Of a stretch of 64,000 nucleotides of DNA, positions 1 through 7,983 are shown one piece after another. A program made the translations under genes and the position numbers. The notes beneath the pieces are model-generated. The model saw only the letters and a list, made by a program, of their open reading frames with translations, searched no databases and was not told where the DNA came from. The DNA comes from Bdellovibrionales bacterium (GTDB lineage: Bacteria; Bdellovibrionota; Bdellovibrionia; Bdellovibrionales; UBA1609). Positions within the stretch are counted from its first letter, which is position 1. Every line of letters begins with the position of its first letter. The stretch lies in assembly GCA_050250515.1 (NCBI GenBank), contig JBFWON010000006.1, positions 237 to 64,236 of the forward strand, given 5' to 3'.

Positions 1-561
1 ACGATTGACCTTGAGATCACTCAAATCGAAGTCCTGAGTTCAACAAGCGGACGAATCCACATTCGCTGTCGACCCGGGTCTCAGGTTTCGGCCACCATTT
101 ATGGTGTTGAGCAATTGACCAGTGAAGACCGAAGTTGTCCGACCTCAGGTGTTCACGTGTTCAATGTCGCTTTGGTCGCGGGTCTCGCCGGAACGGGACA
201 AAGAGTGGTTTATGTCACTCAGGTGAGTCAAGCCGGTGTGGTCAGCACGGTCTTCGCCGATGTCGACAATGTCTCCGCTGGGCACACATGTTCCATTACC
301 TATGGTCAGGCCAATACAGACATTTGTATCACGAGTGCCGGGACGATCTCTGGCACCTGTAAAGCAGGTTCACCCGTACAGGTGTTGGTCAATGGCGAAG
401 TGGAACATGTCGTGGGTTGTAAGGAAAACAACACCTTTACCGCCCATAATGTCGTCCTTACTAAAGATGGCTTGAATGAGGTGTCGATTGCACAAAAGAC
501 GCCCTTTAGTACGACTTGTAGTGCGAAAAAATCCATCAGCCAGTTCAGTCAGATTCCGTAA
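1..561 (+). CDS. C-terminal part of a large surface/secreted protein with bacterial Ig-like repeats (5' end lies outside the window)
   Basis: Frame 1 is open from nt 1 (TIDLEITQIEVLSS...) to TAA at 559-561. The sequence is Thr/Ser/Gly/Val-rich beta-type with paired Cys (GTISGTCKAGSPVQVLVNGE...CKENNTFTAHNVVLTKDGLNEVSI), typical of Big-type Ig-like domains. A hairpin plus T-run follows. Confidence 0.6.
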   Translation, partial: TIDLEITQIEVLSSTSGRIHIRCRPGSQVSATIYGVEQLTSEDRSCPTSGVHVFNVALVAGLAGTGQRVVYVTQVSQAGVVSTVFADVDNVSAGHTCSITYGQANTDICITSAGTISGTCKAGSPVQVLVNGEVEHVVGCKENNTFTAHNVVLTKDGLNEVSIAQKTPFSTTCSAKKSISQFSQIP

Positions 562-567
562 TTAATA

Positions 568-610
568 GTAGGGCGCGCGCCAAGTGCGCCCTACACCCAT
601 CTCATTTTTT
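568..610 (+). terminator. Rho-independent terminator
   Basis: Stem GTAGGGCGC (568-576) pairs with GCGCCCTAC (586-594) around a 9-nt loop. A T8 run lies at 603-610. Confidence 0.7.
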
Positions 611-660
611 TTACTAATAAAATCCGGCCTCCCCGCGTTGTACTCTAAAGGGAGGATCAC

Positions 661-1701
661 ATGGTGAATTCTGGTTTTGAGGTCCAAGTCACTTGGCAGG
701 GGCGTCTCATTTCTGCACGCTTTTTTTCCGGCGTGAATAAGATCAGCGTGGGCGGCGCGAACGCGGACTTGGCTTTGCCAGTCTTCGACAAGAACACGAA
801 CTATGATCTCATGCTGCCGCTTCATCTTGAGGAGGGACAATCGGCCTCGGTCAAAGTTCGAGGGGGACTACTGGATTTAGTCATTCGGCGACTTTATCTA
901 ACAGCGAAGCCAAAGGCCGATCGAGTCTTGGACTTGAGTTCGGGCGAAACGATAGGGTTACTTTTGGCTCTCGTGATCAGTGGAGTTTTGTCACTCCTCA
1001 CCAAGGTCACGCGGCCCGAACTGATGAGTGAGACCGAATCACGCGTGGAGAATCGTATCGCGCGCATTGTATTTAAGAAACCACGGCCCACAGCACCCAA
1101 AACGGTCAAAGGGCCGACGGCGAAAGACTGGCTCAAAAGACTTCAGGGCTTCACGCCCGATCCAAATTCCTCATTGATCGCAATGGCTGGCTCCAGCACG
1201 GGCCAAGGAGGACGAACCGGCGAGATTCATATCGGCGGAACCCTGCAAGGCGGTCCCAGCGGAGCGGGCGCCGCCACAGTGGGCCCCGGTAAAGGAGGAG
1301 GTCCACGCGGGCGACAGCAAGGACGAGTCGGCGGCCTTGGACCCGGTGGAATTGGAACTCGATCTTCAGGCGCGATCCAAATTCAGGAGTCTGGTGCGAG
1401 CGAAGTGCTCGGCATGGATCGCGAGGCCATTCGCCGCGTGATCCGAGAGCATCTGCGGGAGATCCGCAACTGCTACGAAGCTCGACTTCAGTCCAATCCG
1501 GAATTGCATGGAAAAGTGGTTCTCCAGTGGAACATCGTAGGCGCTGGCCAAGTGAAAAATGCGCGAGTGACTGGCAATAGCCTCGGCGACTCGGCTGTGG
1601 GTGATTGCTTAGCGCGAAGGCTGAGCACCTGGACATTCCCCTCCCCACCTCAAGATCAAATCGGACAAGTGGTCTATCCTTTTGTCTTTTCGGCGCGATA
1701 A
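661..1701 (+). CDS. Membrane-anchored AgmX/PglI C-terminal domain protein
   Basis: ATG 661 is preceded by GGGAGGA. There is one TM segment (GLLLALVISGVLSLL) and a Gly/Pro-rich linker. The C-terminal ~95 aa (GMDREAIRRVIREHLREIRNCYEARLQSNPELHGKVVLQWNI...CLARRLSTWTFPSPP...VVYPFVFSAR) fits the AgmX/PglI (TonB-C-like) tail signature. Confidence 0.8.
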   Translation: MVNSGFEVQVTWQGRLISARFFSGVNKISVGGANADLALPVFDKNTNYDLMLPLHLEEGQSASVKVRGGLLDLVIRRLYLTAKPKADRVLDLSSGETIGLLLALVISGVLSLLTKVTRPELMSETESRVENRIARIVFKKPRPTAPKTVKGPTAKDWLKRLQGFTPDPNSSLIAMAGSSTGQGGRTGEIHIGGTLQGGPSGAGAATVGPGKGGGPRGRQQGRVGGLGPGGIGTRSSGAIQIQESGASEVLGMDREAIRRVIREHLREIRNCYEARLQSNPELHGKVVLQWNIVGAGQVKNARVTGNSLGDSAVGDCLARRLSTWTFPSPPQDQIGQVVYPFVFSAR

Positions 1702-1716
1702 AGGGAAAATGAGTCC

Positions 1717-2193
1717 ATGGACCGAGACAAATCCCGCTGGGTTCAGGGGGCCATTCAACAGTTCGAAGGTCGCTTGTTGAGATACACGGGGCGATTTGTT
1801 CCCATTCATACAGCGCAAGAAATCGTACAAGAAACTTTTTTGCGCCTATGGGAACAGGACATGGCCAAAGTGAAGGACCACTTGGCCCAATGGCTTTTCA
1901 CTGTTTGTCGCAATCAAGCCGTCGATCGGTGTCGGGCGGAGGGTCGCAATCTCGACGGACCCGTCGATGGTCATTCCACGGAGTCCAACAATCCAGAAAC
2001 GCTCACCACACTCAATCGGGATTTGTCTCGACTCGTCTCTCGCCTTCCTCCAGCTCAACGGGAAGTTTTGCGCCTTAAGTTTGAGGAAGATCTCAGCTAC
2101 AAGGAAATTAGCGCCATCACCGGTCATTCTGTTAGTTATGTGGGCGTGCTGATTCACGAAGCCATTGCCAAATTAAGGATTGATTATGAATGA
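1717..2193 (+). CDS. ECF-type RNA polymerase sigma-70 family factor
   Basis: Region 2 (ETFLRLWEQ...WLFTVCRNQAVDRCR) and the region 4 HTH (LPPAQREVLRLKFEEDLSYKEISAITGHSVSYVGVLIHEAIAKLR) are present. The gene starts 16 nt after the upstream stop. Confidence 0.9.
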   Translation: MDRDKSRWVQGAIQQFEGRLLRYTGRFVPIHTAQEIVQETFLRLWEQDMAKVKDHLAQWLFTVCRNQAVDRCRAEGRNLDGPVDGHSTESNNPETLTTLNRDLSRLVSRLPPAQREVLRLKFEEDLSYKEISAITGHSVSYVGVLIHEAIAKLRIDYE

Positions 2194-2860
2194 TCCACGA
2201 CTGACCGCTTATGTTTTGGGGGAATTGCGCGGAGCCGAGCTGAAAGAGTTTGAAAACTGGCTTACGACCTCACCAGAAGCGCAACGAGAAGTGGACCGCA
2301 TTCGCCACATATCCCAGCAACTGCGAGAGGAACTGGGCACGCCCCCACCCGCCCCGCGGCCTAGCTTTTGGCGCAACACCTGGTTCGCGGCTGCAACTCT
2401 GATATTGGTGGGAGGCCTGACCTGGTGGATCTTTCCACAAAGTGAGAAACCTCTTCGGCAAGATCCAAGAATGGCGATCGTACAACTGAATCCACCCACT
2501 GAAACGCGCGCTGAGCAGAGCGAATCGATCGGGCGCCGGCTAAAATTGGCCTTGCAGACCCAAGGACTGATTCTGCCCAATCAGGTATCGGCGGAAGTCA
2601 CGCGCAAAGTCATTCTTGACGAACTCCCAAGTCTTAGAAGATGTCTTGAGGTGAGATCGCCCTCAGATAAAACTCCGCCGCAAGTCCAAGTGCAGTGGAG
2701 CGTCGATGAGCAAGGTTCGATTTCCAGCTCAACGGTTTTTGATCAAAGAGAGGGCTCTCCCATTGCCACTTGCTTTCAACGAAGTTTCTCCGGCAAGAAA
2801 TTTCCAGCCCACTCCTCCGGTCAATACCAAGCGATTTTCGAGCTGCGCTTCGTGAAATAG
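2186..2860 (+). CDS. Anti-sigma factor with a periplasmic AgmX/PglI-tail-like domain
   Basis: ATG 2186 overlaps the sigma stop (ATGAATGA), with AAGGA 6 nt upstream. It has an N-terminal anti-sigma helix (LTAYVLGELRGAELKEFENWL) and one TM (WFAAATLILVGGLTWWIF). The C-terminal ~85 aa (LRRCLEV...VQVQWSVDEQGSI...CFQRSFSGKKFP...AIFELRFVK) share the Cys/FP pattern of the upstream protein's tail. Confidence 0.65.
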   Translation: MNDPRLTAYVLGELRGAELKEFENWLTTSPEAQREVDRIRHISQQLREELGTPPPAPRPSFWRNTWFAAATLILVGGLTWWIFPQSEKPLRQDPRMAIVQLNPPTETRAEQSESIGRRLKLALQTQGLILPNQVSAEVTRKVILDELPSLRRCLEVRSPSDKTPPQVQVQWSVDEQGSISSSTVFDQREGSPIATCFQRSFSGKKFPAHSSGQYQAIFELRFVK

Positions 2861-2904
2861 CGTCCACCTTTGACATTCTCAGCGCACTCCCCTATCCCCT
2901 AAGT

Positions 2905-4152
2905 ATGAAGCCACCCAAATACTCTTTGACGACTTGGATCCTGTTGGCCTTGGCCAGTGGCGCCTTGACTGGGCTTGCCTTGAATCAAATCTCGTTGAGC
3001 GGATGGGCCCACGAATTCTTAGTCGAAGGAATCTTTAAGGTCGGTGGCGATGCGTTTTTCGCTCTATTAAAGATGCTCGTGGTCCCCGTGGTTTTTGTCT
3101 CCCTGGTCGGTGGAGTTGGCGCCCTAGATGATGTCAAAAAAATGGGAAGAATCGGGGCCAAGACATTCGTTCTTTACCTTGCCACCACGGCCACCGCAAT
3201 CACCTTGGCCATCGGAGTGGCCGGTCTCACAAATCCTGGCAAGGGTTTTGATCTACCCACGCAGGCCGAGTTTGCGGCGAAAGAATCCCCAGGCCTCGCA
3301 GCCGTACTACTTGGATTTATTCCGACCAATCCCATTCAGGCCATGGCCGAAGGGAATATGATTCAAGTGATTCTTCTGGCGCTCTTGGTTGGACTGTCCC
3401 TTTCGCTTTCAGGCCCTGCGGGTCGCCGAGTTCTGGCTCAATTCAACGACTGGAATGAAGTCATTATGAAGGTCGTGTTGATGGTTATGGTGGTGGCGCC
3501 GGTCGGGGTTTTTTGTCTGATTGCGCGGGTCTTTACCACACAAGGTTTTTCGGCCATTGCTCCGCTTTCGATTTATTTTTTCACCGTGCTGGCGACCCTC
3601 GCCCTACACTTTTCGCTTGTCTATATGGGTCTGTTGAAAGTGTTGGGGCGTTTGAACCCACTTACATTTCTTAAAAAATTTCGCCAAGTGATGGTTTTTG
3701 CGTTTAGCACATCTTCAAGCAATGCCACTCTCCCTGCCAACTTGGAGGTTACGGAAAAGCGGCTGGGAGTGAAAAACTCCGTCGCGGCCTTCACTCTACC
3801 CCTGGGTGCTACGGTGAACATGGATGGGACGGCGATCATGCAAGGTGTGGCGACCGTCTTTATTAGCCAGGCGTACAATATTGAAATCGGCCTTGGGGGA
3901 TATGTGTCCGTAATACTCACAGCCACCGTGGCCTCCATCGGCACCGCGGGTGTTCCAGGCGTGGGCCTAGTCACCTTAGCCATGGTACTTAAACAAGTGG
4001 GGTTGCCCGTCGAGGGCATAGGGCTGATCATCGGTGTGGATCGCCTGCTCGATATGGCGCGCACCGTAGTCAATGTGACAGGAGATGCGGCGGTCACCTG
4101 CGTTGTGGCTCAGTCCGAAGGGCAGCTGGATAGAAAGATATTTGAATCCTAG
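2905..4152 (+). CDS. Dicarboxylate/amino acid:cation symporter (DAACS, GltP-like)
   Basis: The start is trimmed to ATG 2905 (MKPPKYSLTTWILLAL...). It is polytopic and carries the family motifs FSTSSSNATLP, PLGATVNMDGTAIMQG, GTAGVPGVG and DRLLDMARTVVNVTGD. Confidence 0.9.
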   Translation: MKPPKYSLTTWILLALASGALTGLALNQISLSGWAHEFLVEGIFKVGGDAFFALLKMLVVPVVFVSLVGGVGALDDVKKMGRIGAKTFVLYLATTATAITLAIGVAGLTNPGKGFDLPTQAEFAAKESPGLAAVLLGFIPTNPIQAMAEGNMIQVILLALLVGLSLSLSGPAGRRVLAQFNDWNEVIMKVVLMVMVVAPVGVFCLIARVFTTQGFSAIAPLSIYFFTVLATLALHFSLVYMGLLKVLGRLNPLTFLKKFRQVMVFAFSTSSSNATLPANLEVTEKRLGVKNSVAAFTLPLGATVNMDGTAIMQGVATVFISQAYNIEIGLGGYVSVILTATVASIGTAGVPGVGLVTLAMVLKQVGLPVEGIGLIIGVDRLLDMARTVVNVTGDAAVTCVVAQSEGQLDRKIFES

Positions 4153-4158
4153 AGAACT

Positions 4159-4175
4159 CGTATCAGTTTGATACG
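4159..4175 (+). terminator. Small hairpin after the transporter gene
   Basis: CGTATCA-gtt-TGATACG is a 7-bp stem. It is followed by a weak A/T-rich tract (caaaatgtcattttt). Confidence 0.35.
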
Positions 4176-4252
4176 CAAAATGTCATTTTTGTTCCGCCAT
4201 GTCGCCCGAAATACATGATTTACTAATTTAAAGAGTGATCCAATATACCTGC

Positions 4253-4290
4253 CCGGTCACCATTAGGACGCAAGTCTTAGTGGTGACCGG
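4253..4290. promoter_or_regulatory. 10-bp perfect stem-loop upstream of the beta-barrel gene
   Basis: CCGGTCACCA (4253-4262) pairs with TGGTGACCGG (4281-4290) around an 18-nt loop. It ends 29 nt before ATG 4319. Confidence 0.3.
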
Positions 4291-4318
4291 CACCCCACAA
4301 ATCTGATAAATTCCAAAA

Positions 4319-5500
4319 ATGATTTCTCTAATGGCCTTACTGATCCAGCTGGCATTCGCTTTTCCCTCCTCAGGTCATCGATTTGTTCTGACGGAGTCCA
4401 GCCAAATTCGATTGGATACGGCTGATAGTTGGAACTCTGAAGTCTCATCCGACTTCATCCAGTATCAACGCCCACTGGTGATGGAAGGCGTTTATTTGCA
4501 GCAACCGCAAATCTACGATCTTTCCGTGGGTAGCCTTTCGGGCCAGCAATTTCTATTTTATCAAAGATTAAAAATGGAAAAGAATCTGCTGGACGCTCTT
4601 AAATTTAAAATCGACTGGCGATGGGAGCGTGACTACGAGATGGATCGTCAGACTCTGCCGATAGAGCTGGAAGCCCGTCTAACGCCCGAATTCTCCATCG
4701 GCGCCTTTAGCGAGCTTTCCTATCACAAGGCCGAAGACGATGTCGGCGTCGCCTTTTATTGGCGGCCAACCGCCCAGTGGGAGCAACAGGCCTCCGTTGA
4801 ATTCGGCGACTTTCAACGAAATGAGCGCAACGTTCAGCCCGATCGTTGGAGTCGGGCCCCCGTCGCCTATGTGCTCTCAAGCCTTCATCGACCAGGCCAA
4901 GAGTCCACACCCGATTTTGATCGGCTCGAAGTTTTTTACCAGCCCAAGACCGTTCGCTCTCAATCGGGCTCACCACAAACCACTCTCGCATTGCAATCAG
5001 TCAGCGTGGCCACTCTTCGATCGGTTGCGAGATTTTTAAGCCTTGGCGGTCGTGTCTACGCGGAAGAAGCTTATTCAGAGGATCACAGCAATAGCCTCAT
5101 TCGACGGCGACAGCGTATATTGGCACAGGCCCAATCCGGATTCACCACGGGTCGGTATCGTCTCGAGCCCGGGGTGAATTACTTTTATCGGGAATCGCGC
5201 ACCAACCATGAGACCGACATTCGAAGAGAACTCCTACCGTCTTTGAATTTTTATTTGCCGGATCAGACGCGATCCTGGGGTTTTCTGAAATGGCAGATCA
5301 CCTACGACGTCAATTTTTATGATCAAGATTCCACCCGCTACTACGACCAGCGAAAAATCGAACATCGTTTAGGTGTGAAATCAGGATTTCAGTTTCGCCA
5401 TGGGGGCGAGCTGACACTCTTGATGGGCTTCGATGTCGATCAATTCGGCACTTCAAGGACTTGGGAAGGCGGCGCCGGTCAATTTCAAGTGAGCTTTTAG
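4319..5500 (+). CDS. Putative outer-membrane beta-barrel protein
   Basis: It has a hydrophobic N-terminus (MISLMALLIQLAFAF) and Tyr/Arg/Gln-rich alternating strands. The C-terminus ...GGAGQFQVSF ends in the terminal Phe typical of OMPs. No family was recognised. Confidence 0.5.
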   Translation: MISLMALLIQLAFAFPSSGHRFVLTESSQIRLDTADSWNSEVSSDFIQYQRPLVMEGVYLQQPQIYDLSVGSLSGQQFLFYQRLKMEKNLLDALKFKIDWRWERDYEMDRQTLPIELEARLTPEFSIGAFSELSYHKAEDDVGVAFYWRPTAQWEQQASVEFGDFQRNERNVQPDRWSRAPVAYVLSSLHRPGQESTPDFDRLEVFYQPKTVRSQSGSPQTTLALQSVSVATLRSVARFLSLGGRVYAEEAYSEDHSNSLIRRRQRILAQAQSGFTTGRYRLEPGVNYFYRESRTNHETDIRRELLPSLNFYLPDQTRSWGFLKWQITYDVNFYDQDSTRYYDQRKIEHRLGVKSGFQFRHGGELTLLMGFDVDQFGTSRTWEGGAGQFQVSF

Positions 5501-5540
5501 TCCGCCGAAGTTCGGTTTGCGCACCATCGTGCCCGCCCTG

Positions 5541-6020
5541 TCACTTTTTCTTTCGAGCGCGGGTCAACCAGGTCGAGATAAAACCTTTGTACCGGGCGCG
5601 AATCGGTTTCGGCATCCGTGCATAATTACCGATCCACTTTCGACAATCCGAACTTCCGCATTGGCAGCGAAGACGCCACCACCAGCTTTTTTCGGTCATT
5701 TCGTAATCCCAGGTGATCTGCTCCCCAGGTTGAATATCCCGCATGGCCACGATATTAAAGCGCCCTTTAACACCACAGTTGGGATCGCAAGAGTGATTGA
5801 TGTTTCGGGCTAAGCCCTTAGAGTCTCGCCAAGAGTGCGGACCGATTTGAATCACGTGATTGTCGATACCGGGCGGCCATTCGTCGTCTTCGTGATAGAT
5901 GGGACCGTCGAAAGAGGCCACATGCTCACCTTTTTTAATCAAGCCCGTGGCAAATACAGCCCGCCCAAACTTTTTGGTCATTTTGACTTTGAGTTTACGA
6001 TGATCGGAGGCACGGCCCAT
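5541..6020 (-). CDS. SET-domain protein (lysine) methyltransferase
   Basis: The SET core motifs are present: FGRAVFATGLIKKGEHV, ARNINHSCDPNC and ITWDY. A post-SET-like Cys cluster (CQCGSSDCRK) and a basic tail follow. Confidence 0.85.
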   Translation of the reverse strand: MGRASDHRKLKVKMTKKFGRAVFATGLIKKGEHVASFDGPIYHEDDEWPPGIDNHVIQIGPHSWRDSKGLARNINHSCDPNCGVKGRFNIVAMRDIQPGEQITWDYEMTEKSWWWRLRCQCGSSDCRKWIGNYARMPKPIRARYKGFISTWLTRARKKK

Positions 6021-6123
6021 TCGATGCCGTTGAATTTACCACGGTGGCCAAGGCCGCTGGCAAGGGGATTTTTGGGGTGGCCTTTTGCTGACTTCTCCTT
6101 TGGCTTTTGACTAAAAGCCCTCA

Positions 6124-6152
6124 CCTAACCGCAGCGCAGGTGACTTTTGGGG
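6124..6152. repeat. Left inverted repeat (REP-like, contains a hairpin)
   Basis: The sequence is cctaaccgcagcgcaggtgacttttgggg. A local stem TCACCT (6121-6126) pairs with AGGTGA (6138-6143). A separate hairpin GGCTTTT-gact-AAAAGCC (6102-6119) abuts it. Confidence 0.6.
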
Positions 6153-6446
6153 CAACGTCTTTGGTGGCAATGGGGAACGGGAGCTTTCTTCGGACACGAT
6201 AGCTCACGCCCTCCATTGTTTGGTAACCCCCACCAAGAATCATCTAAAAAAGATTGACGAGAAATCTGCTTTCGCAACTGCCCTTCACCGAACGTTTGAA
6301 AACTAAACGCGAAGGATCGTGCCTTTCGAGAAAGCATAAAAGGGCAAGGTCGTCAGTGAGTGAAAAACGTCAGCCTGCCGGCATCTCTGTTCTTTAATGT
6401 TCGAACAAAAAGTTGGAAAAGTTCGACTTTTAGGACTCATGTTAGG

Positions 6447-6932
6447 ATGAGGACGATGAAACAACAGACCTTATTTGAAATGAACAATCTTAAAAATCTC
6501 TTTATCCCGAAGAAGGGAAAGAGGAAATCGGCCAGGCCACTTTCGCGCAAACATCCGATTCATCTGGTGATGAAATCCTCGCGGCATAATCTGCGAAGAA
6601 ATGAGCGAGGCCTTCATGAGCAATGGTCACGGTTGGCCAAACGTTGGGGAATCAAAACCTATCGGCTGGTGGTGGCCTCAGACCATTTGCATGTGGTCGT
6701 CAAAATTCAATCGCGTGAATGCTATCGAAAATTTATTTCGGGATTTACAGGACTGGTTTCTCGTCGATTTCAAATTCAATGGAAGACCAAGCCCGCCACC
6801 CGCCTGGTGGAATGGGGCCGCGCTTTTAAAACACTGATTAAGTACATCCAACTGAACGAATGGGAAGCCTTAGGTTACATTGAATATCAGCCAGAGAGGA
6901 CTCGCAACCTGCCGGCCTGGCTAAAGCTTTAG
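6447..6932 (+). CDS. HUH/Y1 tyrosine transposase-like protein (IS200/RAYT family)
   Basis: It carries the HUH motif SDHLHVVVK and a C-terminal catalytic-Tyr motif LIKYIQLNEWE (YIxNQ-like). A basic N-terminal KGKRKSARPLSRKHPIHLVMK is present. The start is uncertain (ATG 6447 or 6456; the ORF is open from 6360). Confidence 0.7.
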   Translation: MRTMKQQTLFEMNNLKNLFIPKKGKRKSARPLSRKHPIHLVMKSSRHNLRRNERGLHEQWSRLAKRWGIKTYRLVVASDHLHVVVKIQSRECYRKFISGFTGLVSRRFQIQWKTKPATRLVEWGRAFKTLIKYIQLNEWEALGYIEYQPERTRNLPAWLKL

Positions 6933-6952
6933 GGATTGCACAAGGACTGGCG

Positions 6953-6982
6953 CCCGCAAAGTCACCTGCGCGTGCGGTTTGG
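6953..6982. repeat. Right inverted repeat
   Basis: The sequence is cccgcaaagtcacctgcgcgtgcggtttgg, starting 21 nt after the transposase stop. The hairpin arm is degenerate here (TGGTTA instead of AGGTGA). Confidence 0.6.
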
Positions 6983-6988
6983 TTACTA

Positions 6989-7399
6989 TTACGGAGGAGG
7001 TGGCGGCGGTTGTTGGATCGCGCCTTCGGGTGGTGGCCCTTGCTTCGGGAGCTGACCAGCCTCTTGCCGTCGGCGAATGTCACCTAACATCGGGGCCAGA
7101 TTGCGAGGCCCATCCATTTGCAAACGTTGGTGCTGTTGCTGATCTTCGGGCCTCATCATTGGACGATCTCGAACCATCCGATCCTGCGCGCCTTCGAAGC
7201 GCTGGCGCATGGTGCGGTCGCGGGGATCGCCTTGGCGGGGTGGAGGTTTCGAGAGGCCCTCGGGCACCGGCTGTTTTTCTAAGACTTTGTCGAACTCGCG
7301 CAAGTCTTCACCAGTGGCCATGACGATATCGTCTTCGGCCCACACAAAAGATCCAGTCAAGAACGTCATCAACAGAAAAAATTTCTTAAAGTTTTTCAT
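6989..7399 (-). CDS. Secreted Pro/Gln/Arg-rich protein, last gene of the ECF operon
   Basis: It has a signal peptide (MKNFKKFFLLMTFLTGSFVWA) and a low-complexity body ending in PPPPPP. Its ATG overlaps the upstream stop (ATGA at 7397-7401). Confidence 0.6.
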   Translation of the reverse strand: MKNFKKFFLLMTFLTGSFVWAEDDIVMATGEDLREFDKVLEKQPVPEGLSKPPPRQGDPRDRTMRQRFEGAQDRMVRDRPMMRPEDQQQHQRLQMDGPRNLAPMLGDIRRRQEAGQLPKQGPPPEGAIQQPPPPPP

Positions 7400-7962
7400 C
7401 AGATATTCCCCGAGCTAAATTTGAGTTTAATATCCTTACTCATGATAAGGCCACTGTTTTCATCGTAAAAATGCACCACCACTTTAGAATCTCCCGCAGA
7501 AGTGCCTTTAACCACTAAGGGCAAATACTGTTTGCCCACCAAATTTTCCCATTTCAAGGTCAACGACTTCATCTCCGCCACTTCAGAAAACTTTTCCGAG
7601 GCAAAGCGAATCGGTTGGCCCTGCAGCTCAATCACAACATAAGAAATCTGCTGAGGATCGAGACTCCGCAAATCCACCTTCAACATATAGGGTTGCTCCA
7701 CCGCATATTCGACCACCTGAGATTTGCGATTGAGAACCCAAAACGAGGTCGCCACGAGAAGCACCGAAGCCAAAGCACCGGCCCAAAAAGCTCTCCAGCC
7801 AAAGGTCGCACCGAGTTTTGGCTCAGCCGCCAAGGCCTTGGCCGTGATTCGAGCCGCCAAGAACGGCGACGGGCTTAGGCGAGCCTCTTGGAGGCTTTTA
7901 AGAGCCTTCGATGCCCCCACATTCGCATCCAAACTGTCTTTGCCATTCTCATACTGAGACAC
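7399..7962 (-). CDS. Putative membrane anti-sigma factor
   Basis: It has a GTG start 22 nt after the sigma stop and one TM (AFWAGALASVLLVATSFWVL), followed by a ~110-aa periplasmic beta-rich domain. The assignment is from position only. Confidence 0.5.
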   Translation of the reverse strand: MSQYENGKDSLDANVGASKALKSLQEARLSPSPFLAARITAKALAAEPKLGATFGWRAFWAGALASVLLVATSFWVLNRKSQVVEYAVEQPYMLKVDLRSLDPQQISYVVIELQGQPIRFASEKFSEVAEMKSLTLKWENLVGKQYLPLVVKGTSAGDSKVVVHFYDENSGLIMSKDIKLKFSSGNI

Positions 7963-7983
7963 TTGGTCTATCCCTTCGCTTCG

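Larger units (their letters stand above)
6124..6982 (+). mobile_element. RAYT/IS200-like unit: an HUH-Y1 transposase gene bracketed by imperfect inverted repeats
   Basis: The reverse complement of 6124-6152 (CCCCAAAAGTCACCTGCGC-TGCGGTTAGG) aligns with 6953-6982 (CCCGCAAAGTCACCTGCGCGTGCGGTTTGG) at about 26/30 with one indel. The pair encloses the Y1 transposase-like ORF. Confidence 0.6.

Noticed and set aside
2770-2904. Upstream extension of the transporter ORF
   Set aside because: It overlaps the anti-sigma gene's 3' end in another frame. The first TM segment and a sensible ATG occur at 2905.
6125-6337. 70-aa minus-strand ORF inside the left flank of the RAYT-like unit
   Set aside because: It has no RBS, no recognisable motif and a Cys/Arg-rich composition. 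It overlaps the inverted repeat, so it is probably non-coding.
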